DNA of 64,000 nucleotides, taken from an uncultured Verrucomicrobiota bacterium. GTDB lineage: Bacteria; Verrucomicrobiota; Verrucomicrobiia; CAZIPW01. The notes beneath the pieces are model-generated. The model saw nothing but the letters and a program-made list of their open reading frames with translations, had not been told where the DNA came from and made no database searches. Each line of letters begins with the position of its first letter. The stretch's first letter is position 1. Where the stretch lies: NCBI GenBank assembly GCA_964541905.1, contig CAZIRU010000001.1:141490-205489 (forward strand), in the 5' to 3' direction. The position numbers and the translations under genes were made by a program. This document shows positions 37,780 through 46,912 of this stretch, in pieces.

Positions 37780-39258
37780 TTATTTCGCTTGGATGAGGTT
37801 GTAGACGTTAATGTAGTGCTGGACGAAGTTGCTCCAGGAGAAATTATACTTCATACCTTGTAGCGCCAGTTGTTTGTAATATTCCGGCGCGTCCAAATAA
37901 AGCCCTTTGGCGCGGACAAGCGCGCTTTCGATGGCCCAGTAGTCTTCTTGGTGGAAGACAAACCCATTGCGCTCTTCGCGGGGATGTGCGGTGTCGTTGT
38001 CCCAATCGAAGACAGTATCGGCAAGCCCGCCCGTGTAGCGAACAATCGGCGGAGTGCCATAGCGCAGCGAGATCATCTGGACGAGCCCGCAAGGTTCGAA
38101 AAGAGAGGGAACCACCAGATAGTCGGCGCCAGCATAAAGCAGGCGACCAAGTTCATTGCTAAAGCCAATGTGTAAATGGCAGTCGCGATTGCCGCTGAGA
38201 TGATTTTTAAGGTGCTTGAAGTGTCCATCGATCGTGGAATCGGAGGGCGGCCCAACCAGCACAAATTGGCAGCCGTTTTGGATGCTCCAGAAAAGCGCGT
38301 GGCGGATCAGATGCAAGCCCTTTTGATCGTCGAGCCTCCCGACATAGGCAAAGATGGGCTTGCGCAAATCGCGATTGAGATTGAAGCGCTCTTGCAGGGC
38401 CTCTTTGTTCTTGAGCTTGCGCTCATAAGTCTCGGCGGTGTAACCAAAGGGGATATGAATGTCGTTTTCGGGATTCCAACGTTCCTGGTCGAGACCGTTA
38501 AGGATGCCGCCGAACTTATCCTGATGTTTATCGAGGGTATTGCCCAGGCCGTAGTTCAAGGGTGTGTGGCGTACCTCCCAGGCGTGATGGGGAGAGACGG
38601 TATTGACGTAGTTTGAAAAAACAATACCACCCTTCATGTAATTGATGCAGCCTTTGTTGAAGTCGTCCTGGAGGCGGTCTTTGGAATAGAAAAAGTCCGG
38701 ACGGCCCAGCCCTGTGGCGTTGAGCACGGCGGCGGGAGCCTGTCCTTGGTGTTTGAAATTGTGGATGGTATAGCAAACCCGTTGCTTATCCAAGCCCGCG
38801 TTTTTATAGAGCTCGAAAAGCATCACCGGTAAAAGGCCCGTCTGCCAGTCGTGGCAATGAATGACATCCGGACGGCGATTGGTCTTGAGCATGAACTCGA
38901 GCGCGGCCTTGGAGAAAAACGCCCAACGCATGTAGTCGTCATTTTGGCCGTAGTAGGCAAAACGATTGAAGAAGAGGTCGTTACTGTGAGCGTCGATAAA
39001 GAGACATTTGACGTGATGTACTAGCCCCGAGAGCACCGTACAGTGAATTGAGCCGCCGTACCAAGGAACCCACAGATCGTTATAGACGGGAGTAAGCGCG
39101 TGGATCTGGTCATAGCGCATACAGTCGTATTTGGGCAGAATAACCTCGACTGCGTGGCCGTTGCGTTCCAGCTCCCGTGAGAGCCCGTAAACAACATCGC
39201 CCAAACCGCCGACCTTCGCGACAGGATCCATTTCAGTGGCTACTTGAACGATATACAT
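37780..39258 (-). CDS. glgA: glycogen synthase (GT5)
   Basis: N-terminal KVGGLGDVV motif and GT5 length (492 aa). Confidence 0.85.
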   Translation of the reverse strand: MYIVQVATEMDPVAKVGGLGDVVYGLSRELERNGHAVEVILPKYDCMRYDQIHALTPVYNDLWVPWYGGSIHCTVLSGLVHHVKCLFIDAHSNDLFFNRFAYYGQNDDYMRWAFFSKAALEFMLKTNRRPDVIHCHDWQTGLLPVMLFELYKNAGLDKQRVCYTIHNFKHQGQAPAAVLNATGLGRPDFFYSKDRLQDDFNKGCINYMKGGIVFSNYVNTVSPHHAWEVRHTPLNYGLGNTLDKHQDKFGGILNGLDQERWNPENDIHIPFGYTAETYERKLKNKEALQERFNLNRDLRKPIFAYVGRLDDQKGLHLIRHALFWSIQNGCQFVLVGPPSDSTIDGHFKHLKNHLSGNRDCHLHIGFSNELGRLLYAGADYLVVPSLFEPCGLVQMISLRYGTPPIVRYTGGLADTVFDWDNDTAHPREERNGFVFHQEDYWAIESALVRAKGLYLDAPEYYKQLALQGMKYNFSWSNFVQHYINVYNLIQAK

Positions 39259-39440
39259 GGCAAAGGGGTTTGTTATTCGATTTTCCCAAGAATTTCAAGG
39301 GATTAATTCGAATACATTTTTGGACGGAATTTTTTGGAGCGGAATTTAGAGTTAGTTGGGAAGTTTTCTATCCAAAAGTGTAGTAGCCGAAAAGCATTTT
39401 TTTTGCCAGAAATTTACACGCATGAAATCGCCAGCTTCTT

Positions 39441-39852
39441 TTAGAGCTTGAGCGGGTTGAAATCAGTCTGGCGATCGAAGAAATCTTCGCCCTCAAAGCG
39501 CTTGACCGCGCGGACGAGAGGAATGGTGATCGGTAGCGCGATGATTTCCCAAAGAACTTTCAAGGCCCAACCAGAAGCGGCCAAGAGTAGTAAATCTGTG
39601 AAAGGCAAAGACCATCAGAAGTTGCGCGGCAATGCCTGTCCAGAGGATCCTGCGGGTAGCCGCATAGCCATAAACCTCCGTCAGGATATCGCTGAAAACG
39701 TAGGCAAGAGGGAAAAGAATAATGCCAGCCGCAACGGTCAGTGGGCCTAGCGAGATAAGTTTACCTGCGATAGTATTCGAGATGAGCAGCGTTGCTACAA
39801 ATAAGCCGGAGAATACCGGAAGGAGCTGGCTTTTGCATCCAGGCATGAGCAA
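39441..39852 (-). pseudogene. YhhQ/Vut_1-family (queuosine-precursor transporter-like) membrane protein gene, apparently frameshifted
   Basis: In the ORF's frame the N-terminal ~93 aa match the Vut_1 pattern (ISNTIAGKLISLGPL...ILFPLAYVFSDILTEVYGY..RRILWTG) and then leave it. A different frame between 39441 and 39600 encodes the typical C-terminal tail ...ALKVLWEIIALPITIPLVRAVKRFEGEDFFDRQTDFNPLKL*. Confidence 0.45.
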
Positions 39853-39923
39853 ATCATTGGGCCTGCTGCAAATTTACGCAAGGATATACCCCTATGGATT
39901 CACTGCGTGCTTCTTCCCTGAGT

Positions 39924-41759
39924 TCACTTGCTATCCGCGTAACGCTTAAGCCCAGTTATGGTGTAGCTCTGGCCGCCCACGGAAACACTCTCGCCAGTGC
40001 GTTTGCCCAAGAGGCCCTGCGCCAGAGGCGTTTTGTAGGAGAGGATGTTTTTCTCGGGGTTGCCATCCCAGGCGCCCAAAATCGTATAGGATGCCTTGCC
40101 GGAAGAAGTTTGCAGCTCAACGATCGAACCGACGCCGACCATATCGGTTGGGCAGTCGATAAAGTCTGTCCCGCGTGCGATGCGCAGCTCGGCCTCCATT
40201 TGCGATTTTTGAGCCATAAACGTGTCTTGGTCCTGGCGCGCCATTTTGTATTCGGAGTTTTCCGAAAGATCTCCGTGTTCGCGTGCAATGGCGATGTCTT
40301 CTTTGTTTTTAGGAATCTTTACCGTGACCAAGTGCTGATAGTCGGCCTTGCGTTTTTCGAGGCTCTCCCACGAAACAATAAGCCCATCTTCTTGAGCGGT
40401 GCTCTCTTCGGTCGAGATAAGCGACTGGATTTCGGGGAATTGCTTGATAAAGCGGGCCAAAAGCGAGCGCTTAGTCAATGTTTCGAAGCCTTGGCTCATC
40501 AGCAATGTATTGGCTAGATCTCGAGCCATCTCGGGGGTGGCCGTCGAAAGTAACTCTCCGACCAGCTCGCGGTCCTCGGCCAGCAGTTCTACCAAGCTGA
40601 TGCGCTTTGAGCTGGCGTTTTGGATGGCTTCGCGGTCGATAGCGTAGAAAATGGCGCTAAAGAGCCGCGGCGAAATTAGCGGACTGAGCATCGTGGAATA
40701 GCGACGGACATTGCGATTCTTTAAAATCCACGAAATGAGAGGGGCTTTTAAGAGCTGCTCGTCCAGCCACTTATTTAGCATCTCGTTGAGGGTGGAGCTT
40801 TGATTGTTATCAAGCAGAAAGCTGACGCACTCTTGCGTGAATTTGCCGGATGAGTTTTTAAGCAAATCGAAAAGAATGTTGGTCCAGTCATTGGGATGAG
40901 CCTCCATAAGCGCATTGAGCAGGCGCGCTTGATATTGAGAGGGCAGCTTCTCCGCCAGCTCCTGCAACTCGCGGCTTTCTCTGACAATAGCGGCTGCAGA
41001 GGGCTGCATAGACGAACCGTCGATTTTGGCCAGATGCGCCAGATCGTCGCGGACCCATGAGCCCTGCAGCTTCTCACTGGGGGTTAGGATGCGGGATTCA
41101 GAAAGGGCTGCATTCAGCTCAGAAATGAGGGTCGGGAGCTTGGAGATGATTTCTTGCGAAAGACTTGTCTTCTCCAGCAAGCTTGAGGCAAGCTCAATCT
41201 TCTTTTTGACATTTTTGGTTTTGTAAAAGGCCACAAGAGCTTCGTCTTCGGCTGCAACGGGCTCACTATGCAGCTGGTAGCGATCGGTTTTCTTTTCAGG
41301 AAAGGTGATGCGGCCGTCTTTTGCGGCACGCTTCTTGGCGGGAGAAAGCCACTTTTTGTAATTTTCGCCCAACAAATACTGGAGGGTCTCTTCCATCTCA
41401 ATAACACTCATCGAGCCGTCGGGGGTTTGGGAAAGAATAAGCAAAAAGACTTCGGCGGGATTAGTGTCCAGCAGCGCTTGGATCTCAGCGGGTTCGCGGC
41501 GGTGACGCGCGATGATGTGGTTTTCTGGCAAAAGCGTGAGTTTGGATACAAAAAAACCAGGGTCCATTGAGCGAGGCTCACCCTGGTTCTCGAAAGCGAC
41601 CATCAGCTTGCCGGAGCTTTCGTCAAAATCGGTGATACACCCGACTCCCCAGGCGCGATGAACGCAGTAGGAGCCTTTTTTGAGCTGTTTGAGCTTGTCT
41701 TTCTGGCCAGTCAAAGAGGGGTTTGTTTTTATAATTGAATCAATAAGGGCAGCTTCCAT
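39924..41759 (-). CDS. GreA/GreB-family transcription elongation factor with a long N-terminal extension
   Basis: The C-terminal ~150 aa carry Gre coiled-coil and FKBP-like domain signatures (REHGDLSENSEYKMARQDQ...GSIVEL...G..SY.ILG). The preceding ~450 aa are unique. This architecture is known from Chlamydia GreA. Confidence 0.6.
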   Translation of the reverse strand: MEAALIDSIIKTNPSLTGQKDKLKQLKKGSYCVHRAWGVGCITDFDESSGKLMVAFENQGEPRSMDPGFFVSKLTLLPENHIIARHRREPAEIQALLDTNPAEVFLLILSQTPDGSMSVIEMEETLQYLLGENYKKWLSPAKKRAAKDGRITFPEKKTDRYQLHSEPVAAEDEALVAFYKTKNVKKKIELASSLLEKTSLSQEIISKLPTLISELNAALSESRILTPSEKLQGSWVRDDLAHLAKIDGSSMQPSAAAIVRESRELQELAEKLPSQYQARLLNALMEAHPNDWTNILFDLLKNSSGKFTQECVSFLLDNNQSSTLNEMLNKWLDEQLLKAPLISWILKNRNVRRYSTMLSPLISPRLFSAIFYAIDREAIQNASSKRISLVELLAEDRELVGELLSTATPEMARDLANTLLMSQGFETLTKRSLLARFIKQFPEIQSLISTEESTAQEDGLIVSWESLEKRKADYQHLVTVKIPKNKEDIAIAREHGDLSENSEYKMARQDQDTFMAQKSQMEAELRIARGTDFIDCPTDMVGVGSIVELQTSSGKASYTILGAWDGNPEKNILSYKTPLAQGLLGKRTGESVSVGGQSYTITGLKRYADSK

Positions 41760-41876
41760 AAAGAGCGCTATTGTAAATAAAAAACCCGCACGGAGTCAAG
41801 GGTCTGGCAGGGTTTGGCAACTTTGCTTTTTTCGCTTGCTTTTAGTTTTCAATATATGGTAGACTGTCTTTTCTCC

Positions 41877-42191
41877 ATGAAAGCGATCATCCAGACTCAG
41901 GGCCGCCAGTTCACTGTGAATGAGGGCGATATCCTTTTTGTCAACCGTTACCCCGATACCAAAGCGGGCGATACCGTTACAATTGACAGCGTTCTTGCCG
42001 CAGGCGAGGGCTCCGAGATGAAGTTCGGCACGCCAACGCTCAAGGGTGCGACAGTCAAGGCCACCATTCTCGAGAACAAGCGTGGCGAAAAGGTTACTAT
42101 TATCAAAATGAAACGCCGCCACGGCTATCGCCGCAAGCAGGGGCATCGCCAAGAGCTCTCCGTTATCAAAATTGAGACGATCAAGGCCTAA
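41877..42191 (+). CDS. rplU: 50S ribosomal protein L21
   Basis: [22 protein letters not shown] is the conserved L21 N-terminus. Start moved to the ATG at 41877. Confidence 0.85.
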   Translation: MKAIIQTQGRQFTVNEGDILFVNRYPDTKAGDTVTIDSVLAAGEGSEMKFGTPTLKGATVKATILENKRGEKVTIIKMKRRHGYRRKQGHRQELSVIKIETIKA

Positions 42192-42216
42192 CTAAATTTA
42201 GAAAGAAAGACTTACA

Positions 42217-42462
42217 ATGGCTCATAAAAAAGGACAAGGAACATCTTCCAACGGACGCGACTCCCAAAGTAAGCGCTTGGGCGTTAAGGTTCACGATGGT
42301 CAAAAAATCTTGGCAGGCGGCATTATCATGCGGCAGCGCGGCAGTCGGTTTCATCCGGGTGCCAATGTCGGAGTCGGCCGCGACTGGACGCTTTTTGCCC
42401 TCCGCGAGGGCAAAGTCAAGTGGGACGCTACCCACCGCAAGGTGAATGTTTTGGAGGCCTAA
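42217..42462 (+). CDS. rpmA: 50S ribosomal protein L27
   Basis: [24 protein letters not shown], the canonical L27 N-terminus; 81 aa. Confidence 0.9.
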   Translation: MAHKKGQGTSSNGRDSQSKRLGVKVHDGQKILAGGIIMRQRGSRFHPGANVGVGRDWTLFALREGKVKWDATHRKVNVLEA

Positions 42463-42480
42463 TAGCCTATTTTCAGAAAA

Positions 42481-42507
42481 GCCCCGAAAAAATCGGGGCT
42501 TTTTTAT
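42481..42507 (+). terminator. intrinsic terminator after rpmA
   Basis: GCCCCGA-AAAAA-TCGGGGC followed by TTTTTTATT. Confidence 0.7.
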
Positions 42508-42658
42508 TGGCGAGGGGGCTGGTTGGGCGCGTTGCGCGAGGAAGCAGGGATGTCTTTCGCGGAGCTTGAGGGGCTGCGGCTAAAAAAGCGTTTGATGCGG
42601 GGCGGTTTTGATAAGGGTATTTTCCTTGAAAGCACGGAATAGCCTACGGTTATTTGCC

Positions 42659-42730
42659 CGCTCCCGTCGGGAGTCGAACCCGAATCGCCGGCTTCGGAGG
42701 CCAGCATTCTATCCATTGAAATACAGGAGC
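42659..42730 (-). tRNA. tRNA-Arg (anticodon CCG)
   Basis: The reverse complement folds with acceptor GCTCCTG/CGGGAGC, anticodon stem CTGGC/GCCGG, loop CTCCGAA (U33, anticodon CCG, A37), T-arm GGGTTCGACTCCC. 72 nt; CCA not encoded. Confidence 0.7.
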
Positions 42731-42779
42731 CTTACAGATGGCTATTCTTGCAGAAAAACACGCATGGGTCAATGCGCGG

Positions 42780-44321
42780 CTACCGTTGGCGCTCGATGAC
42801 CTTTCGGGCGTAATCCAAAAGGTCTGTTTCCATGGCGTCATTTTGCTCAGCGCTTATGAGAGAAAGCTGGAGCGTAGAGCGGGACGGAAGGCGTTTGTGC
42901 TGCAGAAAATCCTGCCATCTGTCGGCGTGCTCCATGCGGTCACGCGTATCGGTGGGGTCGGGTGAGAGGCGGAAAAATAACAGCGTCGCAAACTGGCCCG
43001 CTGGATTTTTGAAGCGCGAAAGGGTTCCAGGGAGCGAGGGCTCGGCGGGTTTTTGACCCTCCAAAAAGACAGACCGCGAGTCGAGCATTTCCCAGCCTAC
43101 GTTGGGCAGGCAATTTTCCGGATGGTGGCTGGCGCTCCCAAGGCGCGAAAGGCGCGGGGAGGCCCATTCGAAATAGAAAAGTTGGTACAGACCTTTGGTA
43201 TCTTTCCAGCGCCAAGACTCTCCCTTGGAAAAAAAGAGCGACGAGCGGAAGCGTGCCGCATCGGGAGTTACAACCGAGGCCGGGAGCCTCGCGTCTTGCG
43301 GTTTCGCAAGAGTATAGCCAGAACTCTCTTCGTGAGGATAGTATAGAGGCGTCAGTAGCGGTCCTGCAATAACCAACCCTAACACGCTCAGCGAAAGCCG
43401 TAGGGGCAGCGGAGGGATCGCCTGCCGTGTAAGGACCGTCGAACCCGTCTTTTTGCGCGGCAAAAAAGTGGCAACGCCATAGAGTGCCGCAAAGCTCAAA
43501 ACGAAAACACTCCAGCCGGCCGTATCGTGCAAAAGCAGAGGTAAGGCGGCTCCTGAGGTTGCGGCTGTCAGTATAAGCAAAAGCGAGCGCAGCAAATTGA
43601 AAACAAGTGAAAAGATTACCGAAAGAACAAACAAAAGCCCTCGAGCGTGTCCCCTCAGGCGAAAGTATTCGCCAAGCACTCCCGCCGCGAAAAGATTACC
43701 CACGAGCGAACGAATGCCCGAGCATGCTTCCTCCACCCCAACGACCGTGCCATTGCCCAAAAGGATGAGGTTCCCCATGGCCCTTGCCGAAAGCCCCAAA
43801 AGGTGCGTGATGTCCACGGCTGCAAAAGTAAGCCCCTCCTGGAGCGCTCCCGAAACAGCCCGCATAAAAAGTGTTGGCCAAGGTACGCACAAAAGGGGCA
43901 GAACCGCAAGCGGCCAAAACCGGCGCAGCATCGGCGGCCCGCCGTAGCGGTACGCGAGCGCGCAAGTAAGCGCTGCGCACAGCAGGGCCTGCGCCCAAAT
44001 AACCCCGCGCCAATCGGCGTTGGCCTCAAAAAGAAGGTGTAGCGGCACGCAAAAAATTGTCCCCAGAAGAATTGTCGCCTCCAACGCTTTTCTCCGCGTT
44101 CCCATTGGAGCCGCCGCAACATCGGCAGCAAAGTCCCTTGCGCGTTCATAAACCAACAGCCCAAGAATAATGGGCGCCAAAAGCGCAAATTCATACAGCG
44201 GGTTGTGGGCGTATTCCGTGAAAAGTTCCGAAAAAAAGAGTAGCCAAGGCGCACACAAAGCGGCGATACTAAGACGATGCCTCCACGAGGGCTTTGCCGG
44301 TTCTTGCAAGGAGCTTTCCAT
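42780..44321 (-). CDS. exosortase-family transpeptidase (Xrt) with C-terminal EpsI-like periplasmic domain
   Basis: N-terminal polytopic domain with the exosortase active-site Cys motif VGVEEACSGIRSL, followed by a ~200-aa soluble C-terminal domain. The start is uncertain: the ATG at 44321 (or a TTG at 44309) overlaps the divergent response-regulator start. Confidence 0.55.
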   Translation of the reverse strand: MESSLQEPAKPSWRHRLSIAALCAPWLLFFSELFTEYAHNPLYEFALLAPIILGLLVYERARDFAADVAAAPMGTRRKALEATILLGTIFCVPLHLLFEANADWRGVIWAQALLCAALTCALAYRYGGPPMLRRFWPLAVLPLLCVPWPTLFMRAVSGALQEGLTFAAVDITHLLGLSARAMGNLILLGNGTVVGVEEACSGIRSLVGNLFAAGVLGEYFRLRGHARGLLFVLSVIFSLVFNLLRSLLLILTAATSGAALPLLLHDTAGWSVFVLSFAALYGVATFLPRKKTGSTVLTRQAIPPLPLRLSLSVLGLVIAGPLLTPLYYPHEESSGYTLAKPQDARLPASVVTPDAARFRSSLFFSKGESWRWKDTKGLYQLFYFEWASPRLSRLGSASHHPENCLPNVGWEMLDSRSVFLEGQKPAEPSLPGTLSRFKNPAGQFATLLFFRLSPDPTDTRDRMEHADRWQDFLQHKRLPSRSTLQLSLISAEQNDAMETDLLDYARKVIERQR

Positions 44322-44913
44322 GACACCTATGTTAAAAATTCTGATAGCCGAAGACGATGAAATTTCGCGCAAGCTGATCTCTACCATTTTGCAGCAGCTG
44401 GGTTATGAGGTCGAGGCTTTTGCGGATGGCGAGGCGGCCTGGGAATATTTCGCCAAGGAGCCCACCTCCATCCTTATTACCGATTGGCTGATGCCCAAGA
44501 TGGACGGTCTTGCGCTCACACGTCGCCTTCGCGCGCATCGGGCGGATGCCTACACCTACATCATTTTGCTCACGGCCAATGTGCAGAGCACCGAAAACTA
44601 TTACGCCGCGATGGAAGCGGGGGTGGACGACTTTATCGAAAAACCGCTCGACCGCGAAAAGCTTTGGAGTCGCCTGCGAGTAGCGGAACGAATTTTGAGC
44701 TACACCCATCGCATCGGCCGCTTGGAGGCGATGATGCCGATTTGCAGCTATTGCAAAAAAGTTCGCGACGGCGCGGAGTATTGGAAACAGGTCGAGGATT
44801 ATATGCAGGAGCAGACCGGCACGACCTTTAGCCACAGTATTTGTCCCGACTGCTACGAGAAAATTGTCAAGCCCCAGCTCGAAGAGATGGAGAGGAAGAA
44901 GCATGGAAATTAA
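44320..44913 (+). CDS. response regulator: receiver domain plus C-terminal Cys4 zinc-ribbon-like domain
   Basis: REC motifs ILIAEDDE, ILITDWLMPKMDG and ILLTA..K. The C-terminal CSYCKK...CPDCYEK gives four Cys. A strong SD AAGGAG lies 7 nt upstream of the ATG at 44320. Confidence 0.75.
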   Translation: MTPMLKILIAEDDEISRKLISTILQQLGYEVEAFADGEAAWEYFAKEPTSILITDWLMPKMDGLALTRRLRAHRADAYTYIILLTANVQSTENYYAAMEAGVDDFIEKPLDREKLWSRLRVAERILSYTHRIGRLEAMMPICSYCKKVRDGAEYWKQVEDYMQEQTGTTFSHSICPDCYEKIVKPQLEEMERKKHGN

Positions 44914-45865
44914 GAAAGTCCGGCTTATCAGTCCCTCGCAGATGTATGCGGCTTTCCCAATGTCTGGGCGTCAGGCCACCTTTGATTCTATCTATAGGGC
45001 ATTTCCAAAACTGGAATTGAGCATGGGCTTTCTAAGCGGAGAGGAACACCCTGCTGGCCTAGATGTTTGCGGCGAATGTGCAGGAACTCCTCAAGAGCGT
45101 CTGCGAGAGCTCGATGAAGCTCTTCTCGACCCGACTGTGGACGCCGTGTGGACGACACGCGGAGGACATATGCAAATGAGCCTTGCGCGTTTGTTGCGGA
45201 GGTACCGACCGGCCAAGAAAAAACCCATCTTTGGTATGTCCGATAACACACTTATATTGGCGTGGGCTCATAAGCAGGGTATGCCTGCCTTCTATGCCCC
45301 GGGCTTCAACGATTTTTCCCGCGAACCGGGTAGGCCAACTTTCGAGAGCCTACGCAAAGTCTTCTCCGGGGATTTCTCCTGGTCGCTAAAGCCCTCCCCG
45401 GAATATAAAGACTGGGTCGGAGAGCAATCGCAGTGGCAACCAAATCCAGGAGCATGGATTTTGCAAGAGGGAAGGGCTCGAGGCGAAACTATTGTAGGGC
45501 ATATGGGGCGCCTGTTGTGCTCAGCAACCCTAGGCTGGCTGCCGAATCTAAAAGGGAAACTGCTTTTTGTCGACGATACCAGCACTTCAGCGAAGGTTTT
45601 TTATGCAGAGTTGGACCACCTTCTGAGTCTTTGCGGCGCTGACAAAATCCGCGGCCTTTGTATCGGTCGTTTCGCTGGAGCTCCAACCATAACGCGCGAA
45701 GCGCTCACTCAGATTATCGCGGCGCTCCCTGAGCTCAAAAACAAGCCTGTTGTTGCCAACCTCGATTTTGGCCATACCTATCCGATTGTCACACTTCCTT
45801 TTTCGGGACGCGCAACACTCGTTGCTGAGAAAAACGAACTTTTTTTGGAAGGCTGCGCCCGATAA
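44903..45865 (+). CDS. LD-carboxypeptidase (peptidase S66, MccF/LdcA-like)
   Basis: S66-like Ser motif FGMSDNT, 321 aa. Start at the ATG at 44903, preceded by GAGGAAGAAG. Confidence 0.5.
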   Translation: MEIKKVRLISPSQMYAAFPMSGRQATFDSIYRAFPKLELSMGFLSGEEHPAGLDVCGECAGTPQERLRELDEALLDPTVDAVWTTRGGHMQMSLARLLRRYRPAKKKPIFGMSDNTLILAWAHKQGMPAFYAPGFNDFSREPGRPTFESLRKVFSGDFSWSLKPSPEYKDWVGEQSQWQPNPGAWILQEGRARGETIVGHMGRLLCSATLGWLPNLKGKLLFVDDTSTSAKVFYAELDHLLSLCGADKIRGLCIGRFAGAPTITREALTQIIAALPELKNKPVVANLDFGHTYPIVTLPFSGRATLVAEKNELFLEGCAR

Positions 45866-45886
45866 AACTTTTTCAAAACTAATAAA

Positions 45887-46858
45887 ATGCGATTCTTAAT
45901 TATTGGCGCGGGGGCTTGGGGAACAGCGATGGCGGTGCACTTGGGGCGCGGCCGTCACGAGGTGATTTTGGGCTGTCGCGACGAGGCGCAACTTGCAAAA
46001 ATCAATGCGACTGGCGAGAATGTGGATTTTCTCCCAGGCGTGAAGGTGGCCGGCGTTGAGTGTGTCGTCTCTCAAAACGCGCGCGGGGCTTTTGATGCCG
46101 TTTTTGTGGCGCTACCAAGCTATGCTTTTGAAGAAGGTTTGCGTGACGTTTCGTTGGATGCCCGCCGTTGGATAAATCTTGCGAAGGGTTTCGACATCGA
46201 GACGCTCGAAAGCGGCGGCGAAAAGCTCGAAAGGCTTTTGCCCGGGCGAATTGTCATGGCCTTGAGTGGTCCAACCAATGCGCGGCTTGTGGCCGAAGAG
46301 ACTCCTTGCGCGATGGTGGTTTCGGGCCGCATTGACGAAACTACGCGCGCGCTTCAAGAGGCGATTAGCTCGCCAGCCATGAGGCTTTATACTTCTGCCG
46401 ATCGGCGCGGCGCAGAACTGGGCGGGGCTCTCAAAAATGTTTTTGCGGTGGCGGCGGGCGTTTGCGACGGCTTGGGCCTAGGAGATAACGCCAAGGCGGG
46501 GCTTTTGACGCGCGCAGTGGCCGAAATGGCGCGGCTTGGGATGGCGCTTGGCGGACAAAAAGAGACCTTTTGGGGGCTTACGGGAGTGGGAGATTTAATG
46601 GCAACTAGTTACGGCGTCTGGAGTCGCAATCGTCAACTGGGCGAGCGCGTTGCGCGCGGCGAGGACCCAAGGTGGCTTACAACCGAGGGGGGGCTAACGG
46701 CCGAGGGTTATCGCACAAGCCTTGCGCTTCGCAAACTTGCGCGAGGCAAGGGAGTTGATGCGCCAATTGTCGAAGCAGTTGCGGCCATTCTTTATGAGAA
46801 TCGAGCCCCGAGAGATATTGTCTGTGAACTCATGGGAAGGACGCTCAAGGGCGAATAG
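45887..46858 (+). CDS. gpsA: NAD(P)H-dependent glycerol-3-phosphate dehydrogenase
   Basis: N-terminal Rossmann MRFLIIGAGAWGTAMA and GpsA-typical motifs (GDLMATSYG..SRN). Confidence 0.85.
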   Translation: MRFLIIGAGAWGTAMAVHLGRGRHEVILGCRDEAQLAKINATGENVDFLPGVKVAGVECVVSQNARGAFDAVFVALPSYAFEEGLRDVSLDARRWINLAKGFDIETLESGGEKLERLLPGRIVMALSGPTNARLVAEETPCAMVVSGRIDETTRALQEAISSPAMRLYTSADRRGAELGGALKNVFAVAAGVCDGLGLGDNAKAGLLTRAVAEMARLGMALGGQKETFWGLTGVGDLMATSYGVWSRNRQLGERVARGEDPRWLTTEGGLTAEGYRTSLALRKLARGKGVDAPIVEAVAAILYENRAPRDIVCELMGRTLKGE

Positions 46859-46912
46859 CGCAGGAATAATCTCGAGTGATTCAAGGCAATCTTGCTCTCT
46901 GACATTCTCGGA

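Noticed and set aside
39259-39440. Repeated CGGAATTT / ATTCGAATAC motifs upstream of glgA
   Set aside because: These are short, few and irregularly spaced. They are more consistent with ordinary promoter/operator sequence than with a CRISPR array or structured repeat.
43647-44326. Several 100-220-aa ORFs in other frames across the exosortase gene (43597-43947+, 43647-44042+, 43655-44326-)
   Set aside because: All are embedded in the exosortase coding region. Their basic Arg/Pro-rich low-complexity sequences mark them as frame artefacts.
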